Shown one piece after another: positions 42,577 to 50,740 of a DNA stretch of 64,000 nt. The stretch is from assembly GCA_903821745.1 (NCBI GenBank), contig CAIJMI010000005.1, positions 135,802-199,801 on the forward strand. Direction: 5' to 3'. The first letter of the stretch is position 1. Each line of letters opens with the position of its first letter. The DNA is from Candidatus Gottesmanbacteria bacterium (GTDB taxonomy: Bacteria; Patescibacteriota; Microgenomatia; UBA10105; UBA927). The notes beneath the pieces were generated by a model, which worked only from the letters and a program-made list of their open reading frames with translations, ran no database searches and had not been told where the DNA came from. The translations under genes and the position numbers were made by a program.

Positions 42577-43060
42577 AGTTAGCGCGTATTAATGCGCTAA
42601 ACTGTTAATTTCGAGGCTAAATGTTTTTATATTTAACAACACGGATAACAAGAGAAATAGAGCGTCAGAATGCGCTGTCTTTAAGCTTTCGAGGCCACTT
42701 TCACCCCCTAGGGAGATACACGCCTAAAACAAAGAATTGAACGTCGGAATATGTTTTATTTAGCGCGTAATAACGCTCCAAATACACATTTTCGAAGCTA
42801 AATACAACAAATATCGCATGTCTTACAAAGAGAGAGTTGGAGCGTTAATACGTGCTAAACGTAGTAATTCAAGGCTACCGTAATACGAATTGAGTACAAT
42901 TATTAGCAGTCAGCAATCAAGAGCTGATAGTATAGGCCTATTTAGAGCGTATTAATGCGCTAAACTGTTAATATCGAGGCTAAAAACAGAATACTCTGAC
43001 GCTATCGAGAGTAGAGGTTTAGAGCGTACTGATGCTCTATATAAGCAATTCTGAAGCTGC
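42577..43060. repeat. Diverged higher-order tandem repeat. Six ~41-nt units (R1 42577-42621, R2 42659-42698, R3 42758-42803, R4 42839-42879, R5 42941-42984, R6 43018-43060). Degenerate remnants continue to ~43185.
   Basis: Consensus TTTAGAGCGTATTAATGCGCTAAACTGTTAATATCGAGGCTAAA. R1 and R5 are near-identical; the others are about 60-75 percent identical. Spacers alternate ~37 and ~65 nt, so odd and even units each recur every 180-182 bp. Confidence 0.75.
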
Positions 43061-43136
43061 ACGCTACGCGAGATTGAAGCTACTTGAAGCTATATAAGAG
43101 CAGCGTGAAAAGTATCTTATAGTATCGTGAAATTAA

Positions 43137-43145
43137 TTATCCACA
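43137..43145 (+). promoter_or_regulatory. Perfect DnaA-box nonamer TTATCCACA.
   Basis: Exact match to the consensus DnaA box. A 7/9 match (TTATCCATC) lies at 42276-42284. Confidence 0.3.
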
Positions 43146-43224
43146 TCAACTATAGGATACATGCCTTTCGAAGCTAACAACTATATCAAACTATATCATG
43201 CCCCTCTTCCCTATCTCCCGCCAT

Positions 43225-44073
43225 TTAGATACCACGCCATCTGGTTGTAAACAATGCTGCAATAAAAACAAAAATGCAAACAAGGAAAAATCCGATCACT
43301 GTTTTTTTATACAACTTATTTGCTAAGTATTCCTGTCCCATCCCGACCGTGCTGTAAAAGACTGAGGACATTAACAAGGCAATCATGGCAGTGGGCACCG
43401 GCCAGAACGATAACACCCAAGCAAGCTCTCCCAACACAACAGATAAGGCAATGCTCATTGCAATAATTCGCCTACTCACCTGCCCCGTTAATTCCATAAG
43501 CCAGAGTGACGGAAAAATATGCAAGAAACTTAATCCGGAAATAATAATGGTCGTTCCAACAGGATATGCACGAAATGATATGACCGTCAGGGTCAGGAGA
43601 TAAAACGTAAAAATCGTCAAAAGAAAACCAACGGATCTGGCAGCCCGAAGTAAGGCAATAGTCCTATTTGCTGCAACATTATAAATATTTTCTGTCAGTA
43701 AAAATGCATAGAGACCGATTGCATATAATGCAGCAATTGGAATACGGGTTAACCACCGTGGGGGTAAAAGAAAATAAAACAAGGCAACTGCTGCGCTATA
43801 TAAAGTTGGTGGAATAAGGAGTGTCATCCACTCTATTCCTCCTAAATCTTCTCGAAGAGCAAATGCCGCACCAAGGTACGTCATAGCTGCAAGAAGGACA
43901 ACCATTGGATAACGAACAACATCAACTGGTGCAAGTTGGGTAAGCATGAGGCCAAGCGTTAAAACAAAGGTAACTAAAACAAACTGCTGCCGCTTCGTAA
44001 GTTGTATGTGGCGTTCCCATCGTTTCCATCGCTTTTCGATCCAAACTAAAAATTTATGGATTGCTGTTTTCAT
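43225..44073 (-). CDS. Polytopic membrane protein, hypothetical.
   Basis: About 8 TM helices. No motif recognised. Confidence 0.5.
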   Translation of the reverse strand: MKTAIHKFLVWIEKRWKRWERHIQLTKRQQFVLVTFVLTLGLMLTQLAPVDVVRYPMVVLLAAMTYLGAAFALREDLGGIEWMTLLIPPTLYSAAVALFYFLLPPRWLTRIPIAALYAIGLYAFLLTENIYNVAANRTIALLRAARSVGFLLTIFTFYLLTLTVISFRAYPVGTTIIISGLSFLHIFPSLWLMELTGQVSRRIIAMSIALSVVLGELAWVLSFWPVPTAMIALLMSSVFYSTVGMGQEYLANKLYKKTVIGFFLVCIFVFIAALFTTRWRGI

Positions 44074-44076
44074 ATA

Positions 44077-44829
44077 TTATGCAAGGTTTGAGTACACTTC
44101 CTGTACATCATCAAGATCTTCTAATCGTTCGAGAACTTCACTCACTATATCATGTTTTTCACTGGTCAGTTCAACCGTGGTCATAGGAATCATGACAAGT
44201 CTTGCAGCATCACTTGCGATCCCTTTTTCATCAAACACTTTTTTTATTTTAAAAAGATCTGTTGGCTTTGTATATACTTCAATCATGTCCGCAGTTTCCA
44301 AAACATCCAGTGCTCCTACATCAACCGCGACCCCAAACACCGAATCAAAGCTCGCACTTCCAACAGGAATAGTAATAACCCCTTTCCGTTCAAACAAATA
44401 AGAAACTGCACCAGGTGTTGCCATCGATCCCCCTGCATGGTCAAGAATTTGTTTAATAAAGGAAACTGTTCGATTTCCATTATCTGTTGCACCTTCGATA
44501 AATATAGCAACACCAAAGGGAGCATACCCCTCATAGGTAACGGTCATAATGGCATTTCCACCCTCCCCTTTTGCCTTATCTATAATCCGTTCAATATTTT
44601 CCTTCGGCATGTTCACCGCACGCGCTTTTTCAATTGCCAGACGAAGATGAAAATTATCATCGGGATTCGTAATTCCTCCCCCTTCCTTAACCGCAACGAG
44701 GATAGCTCGGGATGCTTGGGTAAAATGAGCGGCTTTTACAACGTCAGTTGTTGCCTTTTGATGTTTCACTTTTGACCACTTAGAATGTCCGGACATAGCG
44801 TGTTCATATTCTATCTTCTCTATTGACAA
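44077..44829 (-). CDS. YebC/PmpR-family DNA-binding transcriptional regulator.
   Basis: N-terminal GHSKWSKVKHQK signature of the YebC family. Confidence 0.9.
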   Translation of the reverse strand: MSIEKIEYEHAMSGHSKWSKVKHQKATTDVVKAAHFTQASRAILVAVKEGGGITNPDDNFHLRLAIEKARAVNMPKENIERIIDKAKGEGGNAIMTVTYEGYAPFGVAIFIEGATDNGNRTVSFIKQILDHAGGSMATPGAVSYLFERKGVITIPVGSASFDSVFGVAVDVGALDVLETADMIEVYTKPTDLFKIKKVFDEKGIASDAARLVMIPMTTVELTSEKHDIVSEVLERLEDLDDVQEVYSNLA

Positions 44830-44858
44830 TTCTCAAGAAAAACGTAAACTGAATCATT

Positions 44859-45563
44859 ATGATTGACGCCTCAATACTCGAAGACGCCATACAAGCCGCG
44901 CTCAAACAGGATTGGAAAGAAGCCATTCGTTTAAATACGAATATCCTCAAAATAGATAAAAAAAACGTTGATGCATATAATCGCCTCGGATTTGCATACC
45001 TCAAAAGCGGACAGATTAAAAAATCCAAAGAAACGTTTGAAAAAGTGATTTCCCTTGATGCCTACAACCAAATCGCATTAAAAAATTTGCATAAACTGGT
45101 CTCCACAAAACGCGATGCGCTCGTTACAACCAATACGTGTGACATCTCACCGCTTCTGTTTTTGGAAGAACCTGGAAAAACAAAAGTTGTTGACTGCATT
45201 AATGCAGCACCAATGAATACCCTGACCTGTTTAACCTGCGGACAGGAAGTATTTTTAAAACCCAAAAAACATACTATTGAAGTTCGAGATCAGCATAATA
45301 AATATCTTGGCGCCCTTCCCGATGATGTAGCGTTTAAACTTCTTAAACTGCTTACTGCTGGCAATACGTACTCGGTATTTGTGCGTGGGGTATCAAAAAA
45401 TTGTATCTCCGTGTTTATCCGGGAACTCACCCGAGGAAAAAAACTGATTAATCAACCGTCATTCATCGGAACCACTAACTACATGCCGTACCAGCATGAA
45501 GCAGCAAATGTTCCAACAAAACCTGCAGTGGATGAGGAAACAGAAGAAGAGAACCAAGAGTAA
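44859..45563 (+). CDS. TPR-repeat protein with a C-terminal domain of unknown function.
   Basis: N-terminal TPR-like helices (AYNRLGFAYLKSGQIKKSKETFEKVISLD). Acidic C-terminal tail. Confidence 0.45.
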   Translation: MIDASILEDAIQAALKQDWKEAIRLNTNILKIDKKNVDAYNRLGFAYLKSGQIKKSKETFEKVISLDAYNQIALKNLHKLVSTKRDALVTTNTCDISPLLFLEEPGKTKVVDCINAAPMNTLTCLTCGQEVFLKPKKHTIEVRDQHNKYLGALPDDVAFKLLKLLTAGNTYSVFVRGVSKNCISVFIRELTRGKKLINQPSFIGTTNYMPYQHEAANVPTKPAVDEETEEENQE

Positions 45564-45568
45564 ATGCG

Positions 45569-46528
45569 TTATTTTTCAGGCAAAAACCGTCGTTCTATAC
45601 CCTTCCCTAACCGAACAACCAAATCAGCCCGTTCCCGTGTTTGCCGTTCAACAAGTGAACAACCAAACTGAGAACGAAAAAAATTAGCAGTCAGAGATGC
45701 TATCTGTGGTTTCATTCCGGACACTTCGCAAAGCCCTTCATACGGATTATCATCATTACCAACGGAAACCACAAAGCCGCCACTAAGTTCAATTTCGCGG
45801 GCAATCCGTTGCGCTATCCCTGGCGTTCCTGTAGTGTTGTAGAGAGCTATGCGCATGCCCTCCTGACGAAGTGGTGTATCTTCTAAATTATTCCCTACAA
45901 TAGCATCATACTTTTCGCTGTCAAACCGCCATACGGATGTTTGGTCTGGAAGTTCAAATGCTCCTGCAATCTGCCCCTGACGAAAATCAAAAACCGTCGT
46001 CTTGTCAAAACCCATGATTTGAAATTTTTTCCAAACATATGGAACATCTCCAAGAGGAATATTCGTTTTTCCAGTCAACACCATGTGGAGACAATTTGAA
46101 AATGAAAATATTCCTTTTAATTGAAAAACAATCTCGTCTGACGATCCGGTCCAATTACTAAACGTATTTGCACTATGCCATTGGATTGGTGTTGCAAGCG
46201 CATCTTCAAGTGACGACCGAAATAGAATCCCTTTTCGAGCATCCATGCTATCAAGTTTCCATAACGCATCAAGCCCATACCATCCATATCCTTTGATGGC
46301 ATTAATCTGCATGGTTTCTGGAAGGATGAAAACGGCAAAGCGTTGACGTTCAGATTCCCATGAGACAACGATTGTTGGGTTACCAGGAAGCACCAAACCA
46401 AGGCGCCCCCGCGGGGGTTTGGAAGAAAAAAGGAAAAAACAACTACCCAAAAGAAACAGGGCAGTAATACAAAAAATCAAAACGCGAGATCCCCCACGTT
46501 TTTTCCTCCAATCTTGCCGATTCACCAT
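45569..46528 (-). CDS. Membrane-anchored protein with a C-terminal LytR_C-like domain.
   Basis: N-terminal TM. The C-terminal block RIALYNTTGTPGIAQRIAREIELSGGFVVSVGND resembles the LytR_C domain. Confidence 0.5.
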   Translation of the reverse strand: MVNRQDWRKKRGGSRVLIFCITALFLLGSCFFLFSSKPPRGRLGLVLPGNPTIVVSWESERQRFAVFILPETMQINAIKGYGWYGLDALWKLDSMDARKGILFRSSLEDALATPIQWHSANTFSNWTGSSDEIVFQLKGIFSFSNCLHMVLTGKTNIPLGDVPYVWKKFQIMGFDKTTVFDFRQGQIAGAFELPDQTSVWRFDSEKYDAIVGNNLEDTPLRQEGMRIALYNTTGTPGIAQRIAREIELSGGFVVSVGNDDNPYEGLCEVSGMKPQIASLTANFFRSQFGCSLVERQTRERADLVVRLGKGIERRFLPEK

Positions 46529-46665
46529 TCTTTTTTTCCTTTTTTGATAATTTCAACTTGTGGTAATTGCCATGGACTGTTTCCCATCTGGCGCATTGCT
46601 TTCTTTTCAAGCTCTGATTTTTTTATCTTTTTCTTTTCATGTGTACGAAAATCACTGGAACCCAT
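46522..46665 (-). CDS. Small Lys-rich protein (47 aa), translationally coupled to the downstream LytR_C gene.
   Basis: ATG at 46665 preceded by AGGAGGAG with 6-nt spacing. Its TGA overlaps the ATG of the 45569..46528 gene (ATGGTGA). Below the ORF-track length cutoff. Confidence 0.35.
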   Translation of the reverse strand: MGSSDFRTHEKKKIKKSELEKKAMRQMGNSPWQLPQVEIIKKGKKEW

Positions 46666-46707
46666 AGATGTCTCCTCCTATGTTAAAAAATTACTACAAT
46701 ATATCTA

Positions 46708-47886
46708 TTATACGGTCATCCATTGCGATTTCAATTGCTGATACTTCCCCTTCGCAATTGCACCTCGAATGGAAAAAACGAGGTTGTTAATAAAGGCAAT
46801 ATTATGAATCGTTGCCAGACGATATGCCAAAAGTTCCCGTACATGAAATAAATGATACAAATAGCCTTTGGAATAATGCGTGCAGGTATAACACTGACAG
46901 TTAGAATCAATTGGATTTGTGTCCTCTGCGTACTCTTTTTTTGTAATATCGAAAACAAAATTCGCTTTGACATTTTTAATAAAAAGATGTCCCATACGAG
47001 CAAGCCTCGTTGCCTGTACACAATCAAACGTATCTACCCCTGCGTCAACAAGTGTAAAAATATCATCAATCTCTCCAACCCCAAGCAAATGTCGCGGTTT
47101 GTTATCAGGCAGTAAAGGCATCACCCATGAAAGCACACTGGCCATATCTTTTTTACTTTCCCCAACTGCTACTCCTCCTATTGCAAATCCATCAAAGGGA
47201 AGACGAGTAATAAATTTGGTTGATGCAATTCGTAAATCTTCAAACACACTTCCCTGAATAGATCCATACAAGGCCTGATACAAGTCATATTTTTTGGCAA
47301 GTGCAGTATGTGCATCTAAACTTCGTTTTGCCCATGCATGCGTTCTATCCATGGACTTCTCCGCCTGTTTTTTCGTTACAGGATACGGAGTGCAATCGTC
47401 AAATGCAATATGAATATCCGATCCGAGGTCCCACTGATACTGCATGGAATTTTCTGCAGTAAATACATGTTCTTTTCCATCCCAATGAGAATTGAATGTC
47501 ACACCATCATCAGTAATGCGAACTAAACTCGCTTCTCCCTGTCCATCTTCATTCTTGCGGGCAAACCGCTTTGCACCAAGGGAAAATACCTGAAATCCGC
47601 CGCTGTCAGTAATAAGTGGCCGATCCCAATGCATAAATGCATGTAATCCTCCAAATCTCTTAATAACAGCAATCCCTGGACGCATAACCATGTGATAGGT
47701 ATTGACAAAAAAAAGATGCACATCGAGATCCTGCAGGTCTTCCGGAGTAAGAGATTTAACCGTTGCCTGGGTGCCCACAGGCACAAATGCGGGTGTTTGA
47801 ATATCCCCGTGTGGCGTGTGAATAACCCCAGTTCGAGCTTGGCTTTTTTGATCTTTTGCGGTTACTTTAAAGCTAAAATCGTGCAT
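46708..47886 (-). CDS. tgt: Queuine tRNA-ribosyltransferase.
   Basis: Tgt TIM-barrel motifs (TPAFVPVGTQATVK, LLGVGEIDDIF). Zinc site CxCxxC...H (CQCYTCTHYSKGYLYHL). Confidence 0.92.
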   Translation of the reverse strand: MHDFSFKVTAKDQKSQARTGVIHTPHGDIQTPAFVPVGTQATVKSLTPEDLQDLDVHLFFVNTYHMVMRPGIAVIKRFGGLHAFMHWDRPLITDSGGFQVFSLGAKRFARKNEDGQGEASLVRITDDGVTFNSHWDGKEHVFTAENSMQYQWDLGSDIHIAFDDCTPYPVTKKQAEKSMDRTHAWAKRSLDAHTALAKKYDLYQALYGSIQGSVFEDLRIASTKFITRLPFDGFAIGGVAVGESKKDMASVLSWVMPLLPDNKPRHLLGVGEIDDIFTLVDAGVDTFDCVQATRLARMGHLFIKNVKANFVFDITKKEYAEDTNPIDSNCQCYTCTHYSKGYLYHLFHVRELLAYRLATIHNIAFINNLVFSIRGAIAKGKYQQLKSQWMTV

Positions 47887-47907
47887 GAGCTGTATTGTAC
47901 CATGCTT

Positions 47908-49641
47908 TTATCCCAACCCGTGCTCAATCTTAAGACGAGAAATCTTCCCTTCAATATCCTCTGCAGTAACACCAAATTGTGTAAGCAATTTGTGGCTTAT
48001 GGAAAGAGCCGCTTCAAATTCTGGCTGCACAATGGTTTGCACGCCAAGCGTCCGTAACCGAAGCTGATCTGCTTCATGGTGTGTCCGACAAATAATTTTG
48101 ATTGATTTATTTAACGTTTGTGCATTGGCAATCACCATTTCCTGCGTATGCCGATCTGGAATTGCAATAACAACGGCCTTTGCAAAATCCACTTGTGCAA
48201 AATCCAGAACATCCATATCTGCAGGATCTCCGTAAATCACCTGAATATTTTTCTCCCGCAGGATTTTGACGGTTGTGTGATCATAATCAACAACGATAAA
48301 CGGAATACCGGCCATGGCAAGAGCGCGTCCGACATATTTACCCACTCTTCCGTATCCGCAAATGACCACATGATCCTTCAGCGGTATTTCTTTTTCAAAC
48401 AATTCTTTTTCACTCTGTTTTTCCGGTAGAAAATTAGGATACAAAAACGGTACTTTTTTTCGAAGGAAGTAAAAGATATTTTGGGCTTTTGCAAACAAAG
48501 GCGAACTGACCATAATTGTCACGAATACCAGAGCCACGATGATTGCATACTGCTGTTCACTCAGTGCCCCCTGAGTTAGTCCAACACGGGCGATGATAAA
48601 CCCAAACTCACTCATTTGGGTCAGTCCTAATGCGACAATGAATGCTGTCTTTTTGTGATATCCTAAAAACCGAGACAACAAATATACAATGATGGCTTTT
48701 ACCATAAAAATAAGGACGGTCATGAGAAGGATGGTTGGCAAAACCGGAAGTAAAATTGCAGCAGGAAGTGCCATTCCAAGTGATACAAAAAAGACAACAG
48801 CAAACAAATCACGGAGCGGCCGAACCTCCGCAAAAATCGCGTGGTTTTGACTCGTCTCTGCAACCAATATTCCTGCAATAAACGCACCCAAGGCTGCAGA
48901 AAGTCCTGCCATGTAGGCAACCGTGCCGGACAAAAACACCAGTCCAATAACCGTCACTAAAAATATTTCCCTGCTTCCAAGGGCCGCAATTTTGTTTAAT
49001 ATCCACGGCACGCCGGTTTTACCAAGGAATATAATCGCTCCAATGGCAATGGCTGCTTTTATAAGATTGACTCCCAATAAACTAACAGTCATCACAATCG
49101 AAGCAGATCCTGACATGTAGATTGATCCAATCGTTGGAATCATCATCATAATAGGAATCACTGCCAAATCCTGGACAATGAGCCACCCCGTCAATACTTC
49201 ACCCGGAATCGTTTCCATCTCTCCCCGTTCGGATAAAAGCCGGACAACTACCGCGGTTGATGAGAGTGATGCAGCAATTGCAATAAACAGGGCTGGAAGA
49301 AAAGAAAATCCGAGTGACAAAAATATTGGTAAAAATACACAAAAAGACAAAAGCATTTGGAGTGTAGCAGCCCAGGAAACCGTTCCTAATATTTTTTTCA
49401 ACCGTTGAAACGAAAACTCAACACCAAGGGTAAAAAGAAGGAGTGTCACACCGCTTTCCGCAATATGGCCAATGAGTGTTGGGTCAATAGCTGACGAGAA
49501 CAGATTTCCGACCAACACACCAACCGCAATATATCCCAGGATAAGTGGCAACCGCAACGATTTTGCAATGAGCCCACCGGCAAGACTCGCAAATAAAATA
49601 AGAAACAGAGTGGTAAATAATGGCAGTGATGATGAAATCAT
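47908..49641 (-). CDS. CPA2-family cation/proton antiporter with a C-terminal RCK (TrkA-N) domain, KefB/KefC-like.
   Basis: About 12 TM helices. Rossmann motif VVICGYGRVGKYVGRAL in the C-terminal domain. Confidence 0.85.
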   Translation of the reverse strand: MISSSLPLFTTLFLILFASLAGGLIAKSLRLPLILGYIAVGVLVGNLFSSAIDPTLIGHIAESGVTLLLFTLGVEFSFQRLKKILGTVSWAATLQMLLSFCVFLPIFLSLGFSFLPALFIAIAASLSSTAVVVRLLSERGEMETIPGEVLTGWLIVQDLAVIPIMMMIPTIGSIYMSGSASIVMTVSLLGVNLIKAAIAIGAIIFLGKTGVPWILNKIAALGSREIFLVTVIGLVFLSGTVAYMAGLSAALGAFIAGILVAETSQNHAIFAEVRPLRDLFAVVFFVSLGMALPAAILLPVLPTILLMTVLIFMVKAIIVYLLSRFLGYHKKTAFIVALGLTQMSEFGFIIARVGLTQGALSEQQYAIIVALVFVTIMVSSPLFAKAQNIFYFLRKKVPFLYPNFLPEKQSEKELFEKEIPLKDHVVICGYGRVGKYVGRALAMAGIPFIVVDYDHTTVKILREKNIQVIYGDPADMDVLDFAQVDFAKAVVIAIPDRHTQEMVIANAQTLNKSIKIICRTHHEADQLRLRTLGVQTIVQPEFEAALSISHKLLTQFGVTAEDIEGKISRLKIEHGLG

Positions 49642-49649
49642 GAAAATAA

Positions 49650-50372
49650 TTACCCGACAAACGGAATAATACTATTCATATCATCTGGTATTGGAGCATC
49701 TATTGCAAGTTCTTTTCCTGTTTGTGGATGTTGAAGTACCATCTTCCATGCATGAAGCATGACGCGTGGTGCCCATTCCCGATCATCCCGGCTGGTTTTT
49801 CTCCCTGCATACAAATAATCACCAAGCAGTGGATGATTAATATATTTCATATGAACCCGAATCTGATGCGTTCTTCCCGTTTCTGGATATAGCGAAACGA
49901 GTGTTAATTTTTCACCTTCTTTTTCAATGGTTTTAACCACTGCATATTTCGTGACAGAGTCTTTGCCTCCTGGCCCAATACCGAACCGTTCCTTGTTCCA
50001 AGGAAGTCGACCAACAGGCGCCCGTACTTCTCCTTCTTTTGGCACGAGTTCCCCATGGACAATTGCAAGATAGGTTTTTTTAATGATATGTTCTTTAAAC
50101 TGCCGTTGAAGTTCAATAAAACTAATAATGGTTTTTGCGATAAGAAGAATCCCGGATGTTTCCTTATCAATCCGGTGCACTACCCCTGACCGATCAACAA
50201 ATGCAGATTGTTCTGGTGTTTCCCCCTGCTGGTGAACAAATATTGGATACTGTTGTTCCATCCAGTCCTGAATGGTTTCCCCTTTTACAGATTCTGCACG
50301 GTTAACCACAACACCAACGGGTTTATTTATCGCAAGAAACGATTCGTCTTCAAAAAGAATGGAAATATCCAT
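49650..50372 (-). CDS. RluA-family pseudouridine synthase.
   Basis: Catalytic motif HRIDKETSGILLIAKT. Start placed at the Met of MDISILFEDESF, just after the dksA-like stop. Confidence 0.85.
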   Translation of the reverse strand: MDISILFEDESFLAINKPVGVVVNRAESVKGETIQDWMEQQYPIFVHQQGETPEQSAFVDRSGVVHRIDKETSGILLIAKTIISFIELQRQFKEHIIKKTYLAIVHGELVPKEGEVRAPVGRLPWNKERFGIGPGGKDSVTKYAVVKTIEKEGEKLTLVSLYPETGRTHQIRVHMKYINHPLLGDYLYAGRKTSRDDREWAPRVMLHAWKMVLQHPQTGKELAIDAPIPDDMNSIIPFVG

Positions 50373-50377
50373 ACAAT

Positions 50378-50740
50378 TTACTTCTTCTTTTTTGCTTCGC
50401 AGGAAAGACAAAGCGTTGCCATGGGAAGGACACTCAACCGTTCCGTATCAATCATCTGTCCGCAATCACTGCAAAAACCATACGTTCCTGCATCAATACG
50501 GGCAAGTGCGTCATTTGTGGTTTCTAATTTTTCTTTCAATTCATCAACCATTGCTGAAACACGATCATGATTGGATTCTTCACTTGCGTCAGTATCTGAT
50601 GCGGCGTTGTCGTTCGCTCGATCCATATCAGTAAACGGATCCTGTTTTTGCAATTCCGCAATACGCGTCATGAGCGTTTGTTTTTCTGCTACAATATGTG
50701 TTTTAATTTCCTTGAGTATTTCGTTTGGAAAACTTTGCAT
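50378..50740 (-). CDS. DksA/TraR-family C4 zinc-finger protein.
   Basis: C-terminal CSDCGQMI...CLSCE four-Cys finger after a coiled-coil. The N-terminal start is uncertain and may be the Met at 50671. Confidence 0.75.
   Translation of the reverse strand: MQSFPNEILKEIKTHIVAEKQTLMTRIAELQKQDPFTDMDRANDNAASDTDASEESNHDRVSAMVDELKEKLETTNDALARIDAGTYGFCSDCGQMIDTERLSVLPMATLCLSCEAKKKK

Larger units (their letters stand above)
41737..43224. other. ORF-free region (~1.49 kb) with no ORF of 60 aa or more in any frame. Contains the repeat array below.
   Basis: The six-frame track is empty here, whereas the rest of the window is more than 90 percent coding. Confidence 0.8.

Noticed and set aside
42577-43060. 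CRISPR array
   Set aside because: The repeat plus spacer layout is suggestive, but repeat copies are only about 60-75 percent identical apart from the R1/R5 pair, spacer lengths alternate in a fixed pattern and spacers are themselves homologous, and there are no cas genes in the window. It is a diverged higher-order tandem duplication, not an array of identical repeats with unique spacers.
41737-43224. Chromosomal origin of replication
   Set aside because: Only one perfect and one 7/9 DnaA box. There is no clustered box array with a DUE and no dnaA/dnaN nearby. Without skew data this stays a weak alternative.
40702-43224. Integron (IntI plus attC cassette array)
   Set aside because: The recombinase has no obvious IntI-specific insertion that I can recognise. 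Units are 80-100 bp apart with no cassette ORFs, and attC sites are not simple 8-bp-arm palindromes of this kind.
45569-46528. LCP (LytR-CpsA-Psr) phosphotransferase call
   Set aside because: Only the C-terminal LytR_C-like block is recognisable. The N-terminal region does not show the LCP catalytic Arg/Asp pattern, so the call is downgraded to a LytR_C domain membrane protein.
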